Assembly: GCA_035084275.1 (NCBI GenBank) | Contig: CM068778.1 | Location: 1,488,001-1,552,000, forward strand | DNA: 64,000 nucleotides | Origin: Hydrolagus colliei | Taxonomy: Eukaryota | Direction: 5' to 3' | Shown here: piece after piece, positions 51,849-63,722 of the stretch | Layout: the number at the start of each line of letters is the position of its first letter | Position numbering within the stretch: the first letter of the stretch is position 1 | Notes under the pieces: generated by a model | What the model was told of the DNA's origin: nothing | Seen by the model: the letters and a program-made list of their open reading frames with translations, nothing else | Database searches by the model: none | Program-made: the position numbers and the translations under genes

Positions 51849-52396
51849 CACAGCGTGAGAGAGACACAGATCTCTCATACATAAACCTCACACAGGATAC
51901 ACAATGACTCTCTTCACCACACACACACACACACCACAATAAGTCTTTCCCCCGCCAACACCTGTCATCACCTCGTCTACTCTCCACACTTTTCGTCCTC
52001 TGTCATTGTATATCAATCTTCTAACCCATCCAGTCCATGCTCTTATAGAGAATGTAGCTTCACTAGGATGCCACCCTCCCCTCCCCACCCCATCTCCTCC
52101 TCCCCCTGGGGGTGGGGGGAGGGCCTTTCCCATGTGGTGACATATACTTTGGTGCCATTGGAGCCTTTATTCTGCCGGAGCTTCAGCCCACAGTGACAAA
52201 GACACAGAGAGTGAGAGAGAACAAGAGATTAAGTGACAGAGAAAGAGACAACGTTTGGAATGATTGGGGGAGTGACATCGTGAAATAAATAGAAACAGAG
52301 AGTGAGAGAGACAAAGCACATTTGGGAGAGGGAGGGTGAGAGAAACCTTAGCTCCAGTGAAGAGTTTCCATCAGTAATCCCAAGTCTCTGCCAACA

Positions 52397-52986
52397 ATGT
52401 GTCTGTCCTTTCTCAATGTCTCGCTGATCTCCATCCTCTGGCCCTGTGAGTATCTCTCAACATCTGTCTATTAAGACGTGCTCCCAATGTGAAAAGCACT
52501 ATACAAATGTGTTGTTGTTACCATAAAATATTAAACCCACAGGGCTTTCATATCACTCCCCGCTCTCTCTGTATCTGAGAGGATCCCGCTTTGTGTGTGT
52601 CAATAATGCCAGGAATTCCCAACGAAAATTCATCCCAGATTCCCTCCCTGTTGGTGGGATCACATTGTTATGTTGTCTTTGCAGGTCTGTCACTGGCAGA
52701 GTTGGTGACTCAGTGGCCGGGGACAGTCGCAGCCAGAGAGGGAGACACTGTGACCTTGAGATGTTACCAGAATGAATCAGCCCTTGATACAATACTCTGG
52801 TACCTCCAACCCCACCAGGGAGGCCTCACTTTAATTGGATATCTCTATTACCCACCAACAACTTATGAGGAGGGTTTTAAATCTGGCTACAACATCACAA
52901 AGACAAGTGACAAGGATTCCTCCCTGGAGATCTCCATCAGCAACACAGCCCAGGAGGGGGTGTATTACTGTGCTGCTAGACAAGGG
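52397..52986 (+). CDS. TRBV: V37: TCR beta-like V segment
   Basis: Leader 52397-52445, V exon 52685-52986, RSS 52987-53025 (CACAGCG/23). Confidence 0.9.
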
Positions 52987-53664
52987 CACAGCGTGAGAGA
53001 GAGACAGATCTCTCATACATAAACCTCACACAGGGTACACAAACACTCTCTTCACCACACACACACACACACACTCACGGATACACACAAACCAGCCTTT
53101 CCCACCATCAACACCTGTGCTCACATTGTCAAGAAATTAACATCAACACAGACGATTGAGAGACAGAGAGGAAAAGAGAGTAGACATGGCTCCATCTCGC
53201 CTCCTCTCCACACTGTTCCCTCTGTCTCTGTTTCTGAATCATTGACATATTTTTTGACTTACTGTTCGCAGTTCATACCCTGGGGGAGGATGCAGGTTCA
53301 CGAACGCACCTCCCCTCACCCAAATCTGCACCTCCCACCAATGTCCCACAGGGGGGCAGGGGAGAGGCACATTTTCAATGTGGTGTCGACACTTTGGTGT
53401 CATTGATGGCTTTATTCTTTCTGTGCTTCATTCCACAGAGATACAAGAGAGATCGTTTGTGTGTGTGTGCATCAGACAGCGAGAGTGTGAGAGAGAGAGA
53501 CCGAGCTAGACGACATTTTTGAGAGAAGAGAGTGAAGTTAAGAAAGTAAAATACAAAGACAGAGTGTGGGCGATAAGGAAAGAGCATATGTAGGAGACAA
53601 GAAGGGAGAGAAACCTGAGCTCTTGTGTGAAGATCCCAAAGTTAATCTCAAGTCTCTGCCAACA

Positions 53665-54303
53665 ATGAGTCTGTCTATTCTCACTGTCTCTCTGATCTCC
53701 ATCCTCTGGCCCTGTGAGTATCTCTTCACATCTCCCAATTCTCCACAGGTTCCCAAATGCCTTGGGATATCATGCGATCCTCCACTTTTCATGTCTGAAA
53801 TGAACCTAATCTGTGTCTGTGGAAAGTCAATCCAAATCAATCAATCAATCAAAACTTACATTTATATAGCGCCTTTCACGTCAGGAGGGTGTCCCAGTGT
53901 ATGTGTGTTTGTGTCTGTGTGTGTGTGTCTGTGATCCCGGGAATCAGACCAGGACATTCTCTGAGGGCAGGATGATGGATGTTACATTGTCTTTGCAGGT
54001 CTGTCCCTGGCAAAGTTGGTGACTCAGAGGCCGGGGACAGTCACAGCCAGAAAGGGAGAGACTGTGACTTTCAGGTGTCACCACGATGATACGAACCTGT
54101 TTACAATGCTCTGGTACCTCCAACTCCATCAGGGAGGCCTCACATTGATTGGATATATCCGTGATTCAAACCCGAAGAATGAGATAGAATTTATATCTGG
54201 CTATAACATTACACAGACTGATGAAAACAAGAAGTCCTCCCTGGAGATCTCCATCAGGAACACAGCCCAGGAGGGGGTGTATTACTGCGCTGCTAGACAA
54301 GGG
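53665..54303 (+). CDS. TRBV: V38: TCR beta-like V segment
   Basis: Leader 53665-53713, V exon 53999-54303, RSS 54304-54342 (CACAGTG/23). Confidence 0.9.
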
Positions 54304-54833
54304 CACAGTGTGAGAGAGAGACAGATCTCTCATACATAAACCTCACACAGGGTACACAAACATTCGCTTCACCACACACACACAGACACACACAACAACC
54401 AGACTTTCCCCAGCCAACACCTGCCCTCACCTCGCCTACTCTCCACACTGTGTCTCTGTATCCGAATCTACCACCAATTTTGAAAGCCACCCAGTCCAGC
54501 CTCTTATAGAGAGTGTAGCTTCACTGAGACACTCCCTACCACAGCCCCACCTCGCCCTGAGGATGGGGGGAAGGGCCTTTCAGATGTGGAGGCGACACAT
54601 TGGTGCCTGTATTTTGCCAGAGCTTCAGCCCACAATGACACAGTGAGAGAGGGAGAGAGACAGAGGTTAAGTGACGGGGAAAGATACAACCTTCGGGTAA
54701 TTGGGGGAGAACTATCGAGCAATACACAGAAACAGAGAGTGAGAGAGACAACGAATATTTGTGAGGGGAAGAGTGATAGAAACATCAGATAGAGTGTAGA
54801 TTATCCCAGTGTAATCCCAAATCTCAGACAACA

Positions 54834-55442
54834 ATGTGTCTGTCCTTTCTCACTGTCTCTCTGATCTCCATCCTCTGGCCCTGTGAGTATCTCTCCACAT
54901 GTCTCTATTACCCAGTGCATTAGATGCCCTTTTACCGACGTGAAAAGCGCTCGTTAAATATGTTGTTGTTGTTACCCGCAAACTCTCAAACCCACAGGGC
55001 TTTCATATGACTCCCCTCTCTCTGTCTCTGAGATGATCCCGCTTTGCGTCCGTCCATAATGCCAGGAAATCCCCAAGAAAATACATCCCAGATTCCCTCC
55101 CTGTCAACAGGTTCACATTGTTATGTTGTCTCTGCAGGTCTGTCACTGGCTGAGTTGGTGACTCAGTGGCCGGGGACAGTCACAGCCAGAGAGGGAGAGA
55201 CTGTGACCTTGAGATGTTACCAGAATGAATCAGCCCTTGATAGAATGCTCTGGTACCTCCAACCCCACCAGGGAGGCCTCACATTGATAGGATATATCTA
55301 TTACCCACCAACAAATTATGAGGAGGGTTTTAAATCTGGCTACAACATCACAAAGACAACAGACAAAAAGGATTCTTCCCTGGAGATCTCCATCAGCAAC
55401 ACAGCCCAGGAGGGGATGTATTACTGTGCTGCTAGACAAGGG
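54834..55442 (+). CDS. TRBV: V39: TCR beta-like V segment
   Basis: Leader 54834-54882, V exon 55138-55442, RSS 55443-55481 (CACAGTG/23). Confidence 0.9.
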
Positions 55443-55969
55443 CACAGTGTGAGAGAGAGACAGATCTCTCATACATAAACCTCACACAGGATATACAACG
55501 TTTCTGTTCACCACACACACACAATTCATGTTTTTCCCCCCCATCAACACCTGCCCTCAGTCTTCGCCAAATTCAAGCACATCAACACACACGATTGAGA
55601 GACAAGGGAGAACAAGAGGCTGTAGCTTAACTGAGACACCTCTCCTTCCTCCATATCTCAAGCCTCTCACTGGAGAGGCGATGCAGTCACTTCCGAAGTG
55701 ATGCCAACACTTTATGTGATTGGTGGCTATACCCTGCCAGATGTTCATTCCACAGAGTCAAAGAGAGAGAGAGGAGTCTGTGTGTGTGTGTAAGAGGGCG
55801 AGTGTCTGAGCGAGATAGAGCTCGGCAAACTTTGCAAAGAGCAGAGTCAAGTTCAGAAAGCTAAATACAAACACAGAGTGTGGAAGATAAGAAAGAGTGT
55901 ATGTGAGAGAGAAGGGGAAAACACAAGATCTGTGAAGATCCCAAATTTAATCTCAAGTCTCCACCAACG

Positions 55970-56533
55970 ATGAGACTGTCCTTTCCCGTTGTCTCTCTGA
56001 TTCCCATCCTCTGGCCCTGTGAGTATCTCTCCACATCTCTCAATTCCCCCTCAGGCTCCCAATTCCACTAAGATTTTGTAACATCCCCCATTCTCTCTGT
56101 CTGAGATGGTCCCAATCTTTGTTTGTGTGTACATGACTGTGTGTTTACGGGATTATGTGTTTAATCCCTGGAGTCAGACCAGCACATTCCCTGTGGACAT
56201 GATGATGGATGTAATATTGTCTTTGCAGGTCTGTCACTGGCAGAGTTGGTGACTCAGTGGCCCGGGACAGTCACAGCAAAAGAGGGAGAGACAGTGATTT
56301 TGAAATGCTACCAGAATAATACAGCCCTCGGTACAATGCTCTGGTACCTCCAACCCCATCTGGGAGGCCTCAAATTAATTGGATATAGCCTTACTACAAG
56401 CCCAAATTATGAGAAAGATTTTCCAGCTGGCTTCAAAATCACAAAGACAAGTGACGACAAGGATTCCTCCCTGGAGATCTCCATCAGCAACACAACCCAG
56501 GAGGGGGTGTATTACTGTGCTGCTAGAGAAGGG
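55970..56533 (+). CDS. TRBV: V40: TCR beta-like V segment, intact ORF, defective heptamer
   Basis: Leader 55970-56018, V exon 56229-56533. RSS 56534-56572: CGCAGCG/23/ACATAAACC. Confidence 0.85.
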
Positions 56534-57138
56534 CGCAGCGTGTGAGAGAGACAGATCTCTCATACATAAACCTCACACAGGGTACACAACCACTCTCTTC
56601 ACCACAAACACAAACCAGTCTCTTCCCCCAACCAACACCTGCTCTCACTTTGTCAAAAACTAAAGACATCACCACAGACGATTGAGAGACAGAGAGAAAA
56701 AGAGGTTCAGGGACAGTGTAGACATGGCTCCATCTCACCTTCTCTCCACACTGTTCCCTCTGTCTCTGTTTCTCAAACATGGACCAATTTTGTGACCAAC
56801 TGTTACCAGTCTATACCGTGGGGGAGGCTGTAGCTTCACTAAAACACCATCTCCCCAACCCCACATCTGCACCTCCCACCAATGTCCCACAGGGGGGCGG
56901 GGGAGAGGCACATTTCCTATCTGATGTCGATACTTGGTATCATTCATGGCTCTATTCTGCCAGTGCTTCATGAGATATAGAGAGAGATTGTTTGTGTGTC
57001 CGTGTGTAGTGCGACATTAAGAAGTGGCGTATGAATGTAAGAGAGAGAGAAAGAGAGAGAGAGAGGTGACAACCTGAGCTCTGGTGTGTGAATCGCAAGT
57101 GAAGAGTTGCCATCAGTAATCCCAAGTCTCTGCCAACA

Positions 57139-57697
57139 ATGAGTCTGTCCTTTCTCACTGTCTCTCTGATCTCCATCCTCTGGCCATGTGAGTATCTCTC
57201 CACATCTCTCAATTGCCCTCAGGCTCCCAATTCCGACTGGGATTCTACGTCACCACCATTGCCTGAGCTAAATAATCACACTGTGTGTGAGATCGTGTGT
57301 GTTGGTGTGTGTGAGTGTATGTGTGTGTTCCCGGGAATCAGACCAGACCATTCCCTGTGGACAGGATGGAGAATGTTATTTTGTTTTTGCAGGTCTGCCA
57401 GTGGGAGCCTTGATGACTCAGTGGCCGGGGACAGTCACAGCCAGAGAGGGAGAGACTGTGACTTTGAGATGTTACCAGAACGACACAACCCATAGTACAA
57501 TGCTCTGGTACCTCCAAACCCATCAGGGAGGCCTCACATTGATCGGATATGCCGTACTGGCAAACCCAAATTATGAGAAGGGTTTTGATACTGATTACAA
57601 AATTACACAGATTGGTGGCAACAAGGAATCCTCCCTGGAGATCTCCATCAGCAACACTACCCAGGAGGGGGTGTATTACTGTGCTGCTAGAGAAGGG
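57139..57697 (+). CDS. TRBV: V41: TCR beta-like V segment (mosaic CDR1)
   Basis: Leader 57139-57187, V exon 57393-57697, RSS 57698-57736 (CACAGCG/23). Confidence 0.9.
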
Positions 57698-58364
57698 CAC
57701 AGCGTGAGAGAGAGGCAGATCTCTCATACATAAACCTCACACAGGATACACAATGTCTCAGTTTACCACACACACACAGAGACACACACACAAACCAGCC
57801 TTTTCCCCCACCAACACCTGCTCTCACTTTGCCAAAAATTAAAGACATCAACGTAGACGATTGAGAGACAGAGAGAAAAAGAGGTTCAGGGACACAGGAC
57901 AGAAGGTGACATGATTCCATCTCACCTTCTCTCCATACTGTTCCCTCTGTCTCTGTAACTTTGACCAATTTTGTGACTGACTGTTACCAGTCTATACCCA
58001 GGGGGAGGCTGTAGCTTCACTAAAACACCACCTCCCCTCCCCCACATCTGAACCTCCCATTAATGTCCTATAGGTGGGCGGGGGAGGAGGCACATTTCCC
58101 AATTGGTGCCGTCACTTTTGTGTCATTGATGGCTTTATTCTGCCAGTGCTTTATTCCAAAGTGATGCAGATAGATAGTGTGTGTGTGTATGAGAGAGCGA
58201 GAGTCAAAGAAACCGAGCTAGACAACGTTTATGAGAGTAGGGAGTGCAGTTAGGAAAGTTACATACAAACACAGAGTGTGGGCGATAAGGAAAGAGAGAA
58301 GAAGGGAGAGAAACCTGAGCTCTAATGTGAAGATCCCAAGATTAATCTCAAGTCTCCACCAACG

Positions 58365-58914
58365 ATGAGTCTGTCCTTTCTCACTGTCGCTCTGATCTCC
58401 ATCCTCTGGCCCTGTGAGTATCGCTCCACATCTCTCAATTTTCCACAGGTTCCCAAATCCCTTGGGATATCCCAACATCCCCACTCTTTCTGAGATGATC
58501 CTACTCTGTGTCTGTGTATATGTCAGTGTGTGTGTGTGTCTTTGACCCTGTGTATCACACCAGGACACTCCCTGTGGACATGATGATGGATGTTACATTG
58601 TCTTTGCAGGTTTGTCACTGGCAGAGTTGGTGACTCAGTGGCCGCGGACAGTCACAGCCAGAGAGGGAGATAATGTGATTTTGGGATGTTACCAGAATGA
58701 GACAGCATATGAAAGAATGCTCTGGTACCTCCAACTCCATCAGGGAGGCCTCACATTGATCGGATATGCCTTCGTGTCAAACCCAACTTATGAGAAGGGT
58801 TTTGACGCTCATTACAAAATTACGCAGACTGGTGGCAACAAAGAATCCTCCCTGGAGATCTCCATCAGCAACACAGACCACGAGGGGGTGTATTACTGTG
58901 CTGCTAGACAAGGG
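58365..58914 (+). CDS. TRBV: V42: TCR beta-like V segment
   Basis: Leader 58365-58413, V exon 58610-58914, RSS 58915-58953 (CACAGCG/23). Confidence 0.9.
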
Positions 58915-59639
58915 CACAGCGTGAGAGAGAGACAGATCTCTCATACATAAACCTCACACAGGATACACAACTACTCTCTTCACCACAGACTCTTCCCCAA
59001 CCAACACCTGCTCTCACTTTGTCAAAAACTAAAGACATCAACACAGGCGATTGAGAGACAGAGAGAATAAGAGGTTCAGGGACAGTGTAGACATGGCTCC
59101 ATCTCACCTTCTCTCCACACTGTTCCCTCTGTCTCTGTTTCTGAAAAGTGGACCAATTTTGTGACCAACTGTTACCTGTCTATACCGTGGGGGAGGCTGT
59201 AGCTTCACTAAAACATCATCTCCCCAACCACACATCTGCACCTCCCACCAATGTCCCACAGGGGGGCGGGGGAGAGGCACATTTCCTATCTGGTGTCGAT
59301 ACTTGGTATTATTCATGGCTCTATTCTGCCAGTGCTTCATGAGATATAGAGATTGTGTGTGTGTGTGAGAGAGACAGCGAGAGACGCTTCAGTGCCATTG
59401 TTGCCTTTACTCTGCCAGAGCTTCATTCCATGTCCGCAGATAGAGAGGGGGGCTGTGGGGAGAGGGTTTGTGTGAGACAGTGAGAGGCAGCGTTGGCGTG
59501 ACAGGGGGCAGTTGTTTCAATTAGGAAATAGGAACTGAGCCAGTGATATATAAAGTGTGGAGGTGAGAGAGACATTGTGGGAGAGATCGCTGAGCTCTGG
59601 TGTGAAGATCTCCAGGTGAATCTCAAATCTCCGCCAACA

Positions 59640-60185
59640 ATGAGTCTGGCCTTTCTTGCTGTCTCTCTGACCTCCATCCTCTGGCCCTGTGAGTATCTCT
59701 CATCATTTTACTTTTTCCCTCAAACTCTCAAATCCATTTGGATTTCATATCACACCCCTCTCCTCTTGTCCGACATTATACCACATTTCTGTGTATAGGT
59801 TTGGAAACCCAGCATCTCTCCCAGGACATTCAGCCCAGATTCCCTGTCGGTGGGATCACATTGTTATGTTGTCTTTGCAGGTCTGTCACTGGCATAGTTG
59901 GTGACTCAGAGGCCGGGGACAGTCACAGCCACAGAGGGAGAGACTGTGACATTGACATGTCAGCACAATAATGCTGACCTTAATACAATGCTCTGGTACC
60001 TCCAACTCCATCAGGGAGGCCTCACATTAATGGGATACAGCAGGTACACAAAGCCAGAGTATGAGAAGGGATTTGAATCTGGCTACAGCTTTACACAGTC
60101 TAGTGACTACAAGAACTCCTCCCTGGAGATCTCCATTAGCAACACAACCCAGGAGGGGGTGTATTACTGTGCTGCTAGAGAAGGG
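59640..60185 (+). CDS. TRBV: V43: TCR beta-like V segment
   Basis: Leader 59640-59688, V exon 59881-60185, RSS 60186-60224 (CACAGTG/23). Confidence 0.9.
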
Positions 60186-60869
60186 CACAGTGTGAGAGAG
60201 AGACAGATCTCTCATACATAAACCTCACACAGGATATACAACGTTTCTGTTCACCACACACAAACTCCATGTGTTCCCCCCCACCAACACCTGCCCTCAG
60301 TCTTGGCCAAAAATCAAACATGACAACACAGACGATTGAGAGACAAGAGAGAAAAAGAGGTTCGGGGTCCAGAGAGGACAATAATAACAACAAAATTACA
60401 TTTGTGTAGCGCCTTTCAAGTCAGGAGGTCATCCCACGGCAATGGACAGTTACAGCTTCAGGATATGGCTCCATCTCGACTACTCTCCAAACTCTTCTCT
60501 CTGTGTCTCTTGTGACCAACTGTTCCCAATCCACACCCTGGGAGAGGATGTAGCTGTAGGGGGGGAGAGGATGTTTCTGGGGGGGAGACAGCTGGCCAAC
60601 TTCCGATCTGGTGCCGACACTGAATGCCATTGGTGCCTTTACTCTGCCAGAGATTCATTCCTCAGAGACACAGAGAGAGAATGAAATAGCGAGACAAACT
60701 TTGGGAGACAGGTCGCGTGTTATCCGGATAGATAGAACGTTAGTGCGACATTAAGAAGTGGCGTATGACTGTGAGAGAGAGAGTAAAATAGAGAGAAAAA
60801 GTGAGAGAGAGGGGACAACGTGAGCTCTGGTGTGAGAATCGCAAGGTTAATCTCAAATCTCTGCCAACA

Positions 60870-61436
60870 ATGATTCTGTCCTTTCTCACTGTCTCTCTGA
60901 TTTCCATCCTCTGGCCATGTGAGTATCTCTCCACATCTCTCAATTGCCCTCAGGCTCCCAATTCCCACTGGGATTCTACGTCACCACCATTGCCTGTCCG
61001 ACATAATCCCGCTGTGTGTGAGAGTGTGGAGTCGTGTGTATTGGTGTGTGTGAGTGTATGTGTGTGATCCCGGGAATCAGACCAGACCATTCCCTGTGGA
61101 CAGGATGGACAATGTTATTTTGTGTTTGCAGGTCTGTCAGTGGGAGCCTTGATGACTCAGTGGCCGGGGACAGTCACAGCCAGAGAGGGAGAGACTGTGA
61201 CCTTGAGATGTTACCAGAACGACACAACCCATAATACAATGCTCTGGTACCTCCAACCCCATCATGGAGGCCTCACATTGATCGGGTATTTTTTTCGGTC
61301 AAAACCAAATTATGAGAAGGGTTTTCAATCTGGCTACAACATCACAAAGACAAGTGACGACAAGGATTCCTCCATGGAGATCTCCATCAGCAACACAGCC
61401 CAAGAGGGGGTGTATTACTGTGCTGCTAGAGAAGGG
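60870..61436 (+). CDS. TRBV: V44: TCR beta-like V segment, variant heptamer
   Basis: Leader 60870-60918, V exon 61132-61436, RSS 61437-61475 (CACAGCA/23/ACATAAACC). Confidence 0.88.
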
Positions 61437-62052
61437 CACAGCATTAGAGAGAGACAGATCTCTCATACATAAACCTCACACAGGATACACAACCAATCTC
61501 TTCACCACAGACACAAACCAGTCTCTTCCTCAACCAACACCTGCTCTCACTTTGTCAAAAACTAAAAACATCAACCCAGATGATTGAGAGACAGAGAGAA
61601 TAAGAGGTTCAGGGACAGTATAGACATAGCTCCATCTCACCTTCTCTCCACACTGATCCCTCTGTCTCTGTTTCTGAAACGTGGACAAATTTTATGACCA
61701 ACTGTTACCTGTCTATAGCGTGGGGGAGGCTGTAGCTTCACTAAAACACCATCTCCCCAACCCCACATCTGCACCTCCCACCAATGTCCCACAGGGGGGG
61801 CGGGGGAGAGGCACATTTCCTATCTGGTGTCGATACTTGATATCATTCATGGCTCTATTCTGCCAGTGCTTCATTGCACAGAGATATAGAGAGAGATTGT
61901 GTGTGTGTGCGTGTGTAGTGCGACATTAAGAAGTATGAATGTGAGAGAGACAGTAAAAGAGAGAGAAAGAGAGAGAGAGGTGACAACGTGAGCTCTGGTG
62001 TGTGAATCGCAAGTGAAGAGTTGCCATCAGTAATCCCAAGTCTCTGCCAACA

Positions 62053-62509
62053 ATGAGTCTGTCCTTTCTCACTGTCTCTCTGATCTCCATCCTCTGGCCA
62101 TGTGAGTATCTCTCCACATCTCTCAATTGCCCTCAGGCTCCCAATTCCCACAGAACAGACCATTCCCTGTGGACAGGATGGACAATGTTATTTTGTGTTC
62201 GCAGGTCTGCCAGTGGGAGCCTTGATGACTCAGTGGCCGGGGACAGTCACAGCCAGAGAGGGAGAGACTGTGACTTTGAGATGTTACCAGAACGACACAA
62301 CCCATAGTATAATGCTCTGGTACCTCCAACCCCATCAGGGAGGCCTCACATTGATCGGATATTTCTATGTGTCAAATCCAAATTATGAGAAGGGTTTTGA
62401 TACTCACTACAAACTTATACAGATTGGTGGGAACAAGGATTGCTCCCTGGAGATCTCCATCAGCAACACTACCCAGGAAGGGGTGTATTACTGTGCTGCT
62501 AGAGAAGGG
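62053..62509 (+). CDS. TRBV: V45: TCR beta-like V segment with a shortened intron
   Basis: Leader 62053-62101, 103-nt intron, V exon 62205-62509, RSS 62510-62548 (CACAGCG/23). Confidence 0.9.
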
Positions 62510-63233
62510 CACAGCGTGAGAGAGAGGCAGATCTCTCATACATAAACCTCACACAGGATACACAACATTTCTGTTCCCCACACACTAACACACACAATCA
62601 CAGATACACACAAACCAGCCTTTCCGCCCCCAACACCTGCAATCTGTCTCTGCAAAAACTGAATACGTCAACACAGAGAATTCAGAGAGCGAGAGAGAAA
62701 GAAAGAAATTCGGGGAAAGAGTGAGCATTAACAACCACAGCAAAATTACACTTGTATTGCGCCTTTCACGTCAGGTGGATGTCCCAATGCATGGCTCCAA
62801 CCAGCCTACACACTGATCCCTCCGTGCCTCTGTCTCTGAATCAATTGCCAATTTTGTGGCTCACTGATCCCACTCCATAATCTGGTGGAGGCTATAGCTT
62901 CACTGAGACACCTCCTCCCCTCCCCACCACAGCTCCACTTCCCCCTGGTGTGGGGGGAAGGGCCTTTTCCGATATGGTGACAACAAATTGGTGCCATTGT
63001 TTGCCTTTATTCTGCCAGAGCTTCAGCCCACAGTGGCAGAAAGAGAGTGTGAGAGAGAACAAGAGATTAAGTGACAGAGAAAGAGACAAGGTTTGGATGA
63101 TTGGGGGAGTGACATCGAGAAACAAATAGAAACAGAGAGTGAGAGAGACAACGAACATTCGGGAGAGGGAGGGTGAGAGAAACCTCAGCTCCAGTGAAGA
63201 GTTTCCATCAGTAATCCCAAGTCTCTGCCAACA

Positions 63234-63722
63234 ATGAGTCTGTCCTTTCTCACTGTCTCTCTGATCTCCATCCTTTGGCCTGTGAGTATCTCTCAACATA
63301 TTTGTATTAACCAGTGCCTTGGAACATCCAATAAACGCTATATAAATATAATATGACCTGATAAACGCTATATAAATATAATTTTTATGTTGTTGTTGTT
63401 ACCAGCAAACTCTCAAACCAACGGAGCTTTCATATCACTCCACTCTCTCTGTATCTGAGATGATCCCTCTTTGTGCCAGGAATTCCCAAAGAACATTCAT
63501 CCCAGATTCCTTCCATGTCAGCGGGATCACATTGTTATGTTGTCACTGGCAGAGTTGGTGACTCAGTGGCCGGGGACAGTCGCAGCCAGAGAGGGAGAGA
63601 CTGTGACATTGAGATATTACCAGAATGAATCAGCCCTTAGTACAATGCTCTGCAAACCTCCAACCCCATCAGGGAGGCCTCACATTAATTGGATATCTCG
63701 AGTACCCACCACCAAGGTATCA
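63234..63722 (+). pseudogene. V46: third copy of the V19/V34 pseudogene (5' part)
   Basis: 48-nt leader 63234-63281, acceptor deletion at about 63543, C23Y, frameshift at W41. CR1 tail begins after TATCA at 63718-63722. Confidence 0.9.

Larger units (their letters stand above)
31949..51887 (+). repeat. Segmental duplication block B (V23-V36)
   Basis: Same gene order as block A. V23 ATG to V37 ATG is 19942 nt. Lacks CR1 copy 2 and the V21 unit. Confidence 0.88.

Noticed and set aside
1197-62509. Assignment as IgH, IgL or IgNAR V genes
   Set aside because: No neighbouring D/J/C as in elasmobranch Ig clusters, no Ig octamer seen upstream of the leaders, and FR2/FR3 motifs are TCR-like rather than VH-like (no WVRQ or RFTISRD).
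444-63299. Many minus-strand ORFs such as MRDVERYSQGQRMEIRETVRKDRL, MRDLSLSHAVPFSSSTV and MKHWQNRAMNDTKY
   Set aside because: They are antisense readings of the repeated leader, V exon or flank. They recur only because the unit is duplicated, are freely frameshifted between copies and have no domain signature.
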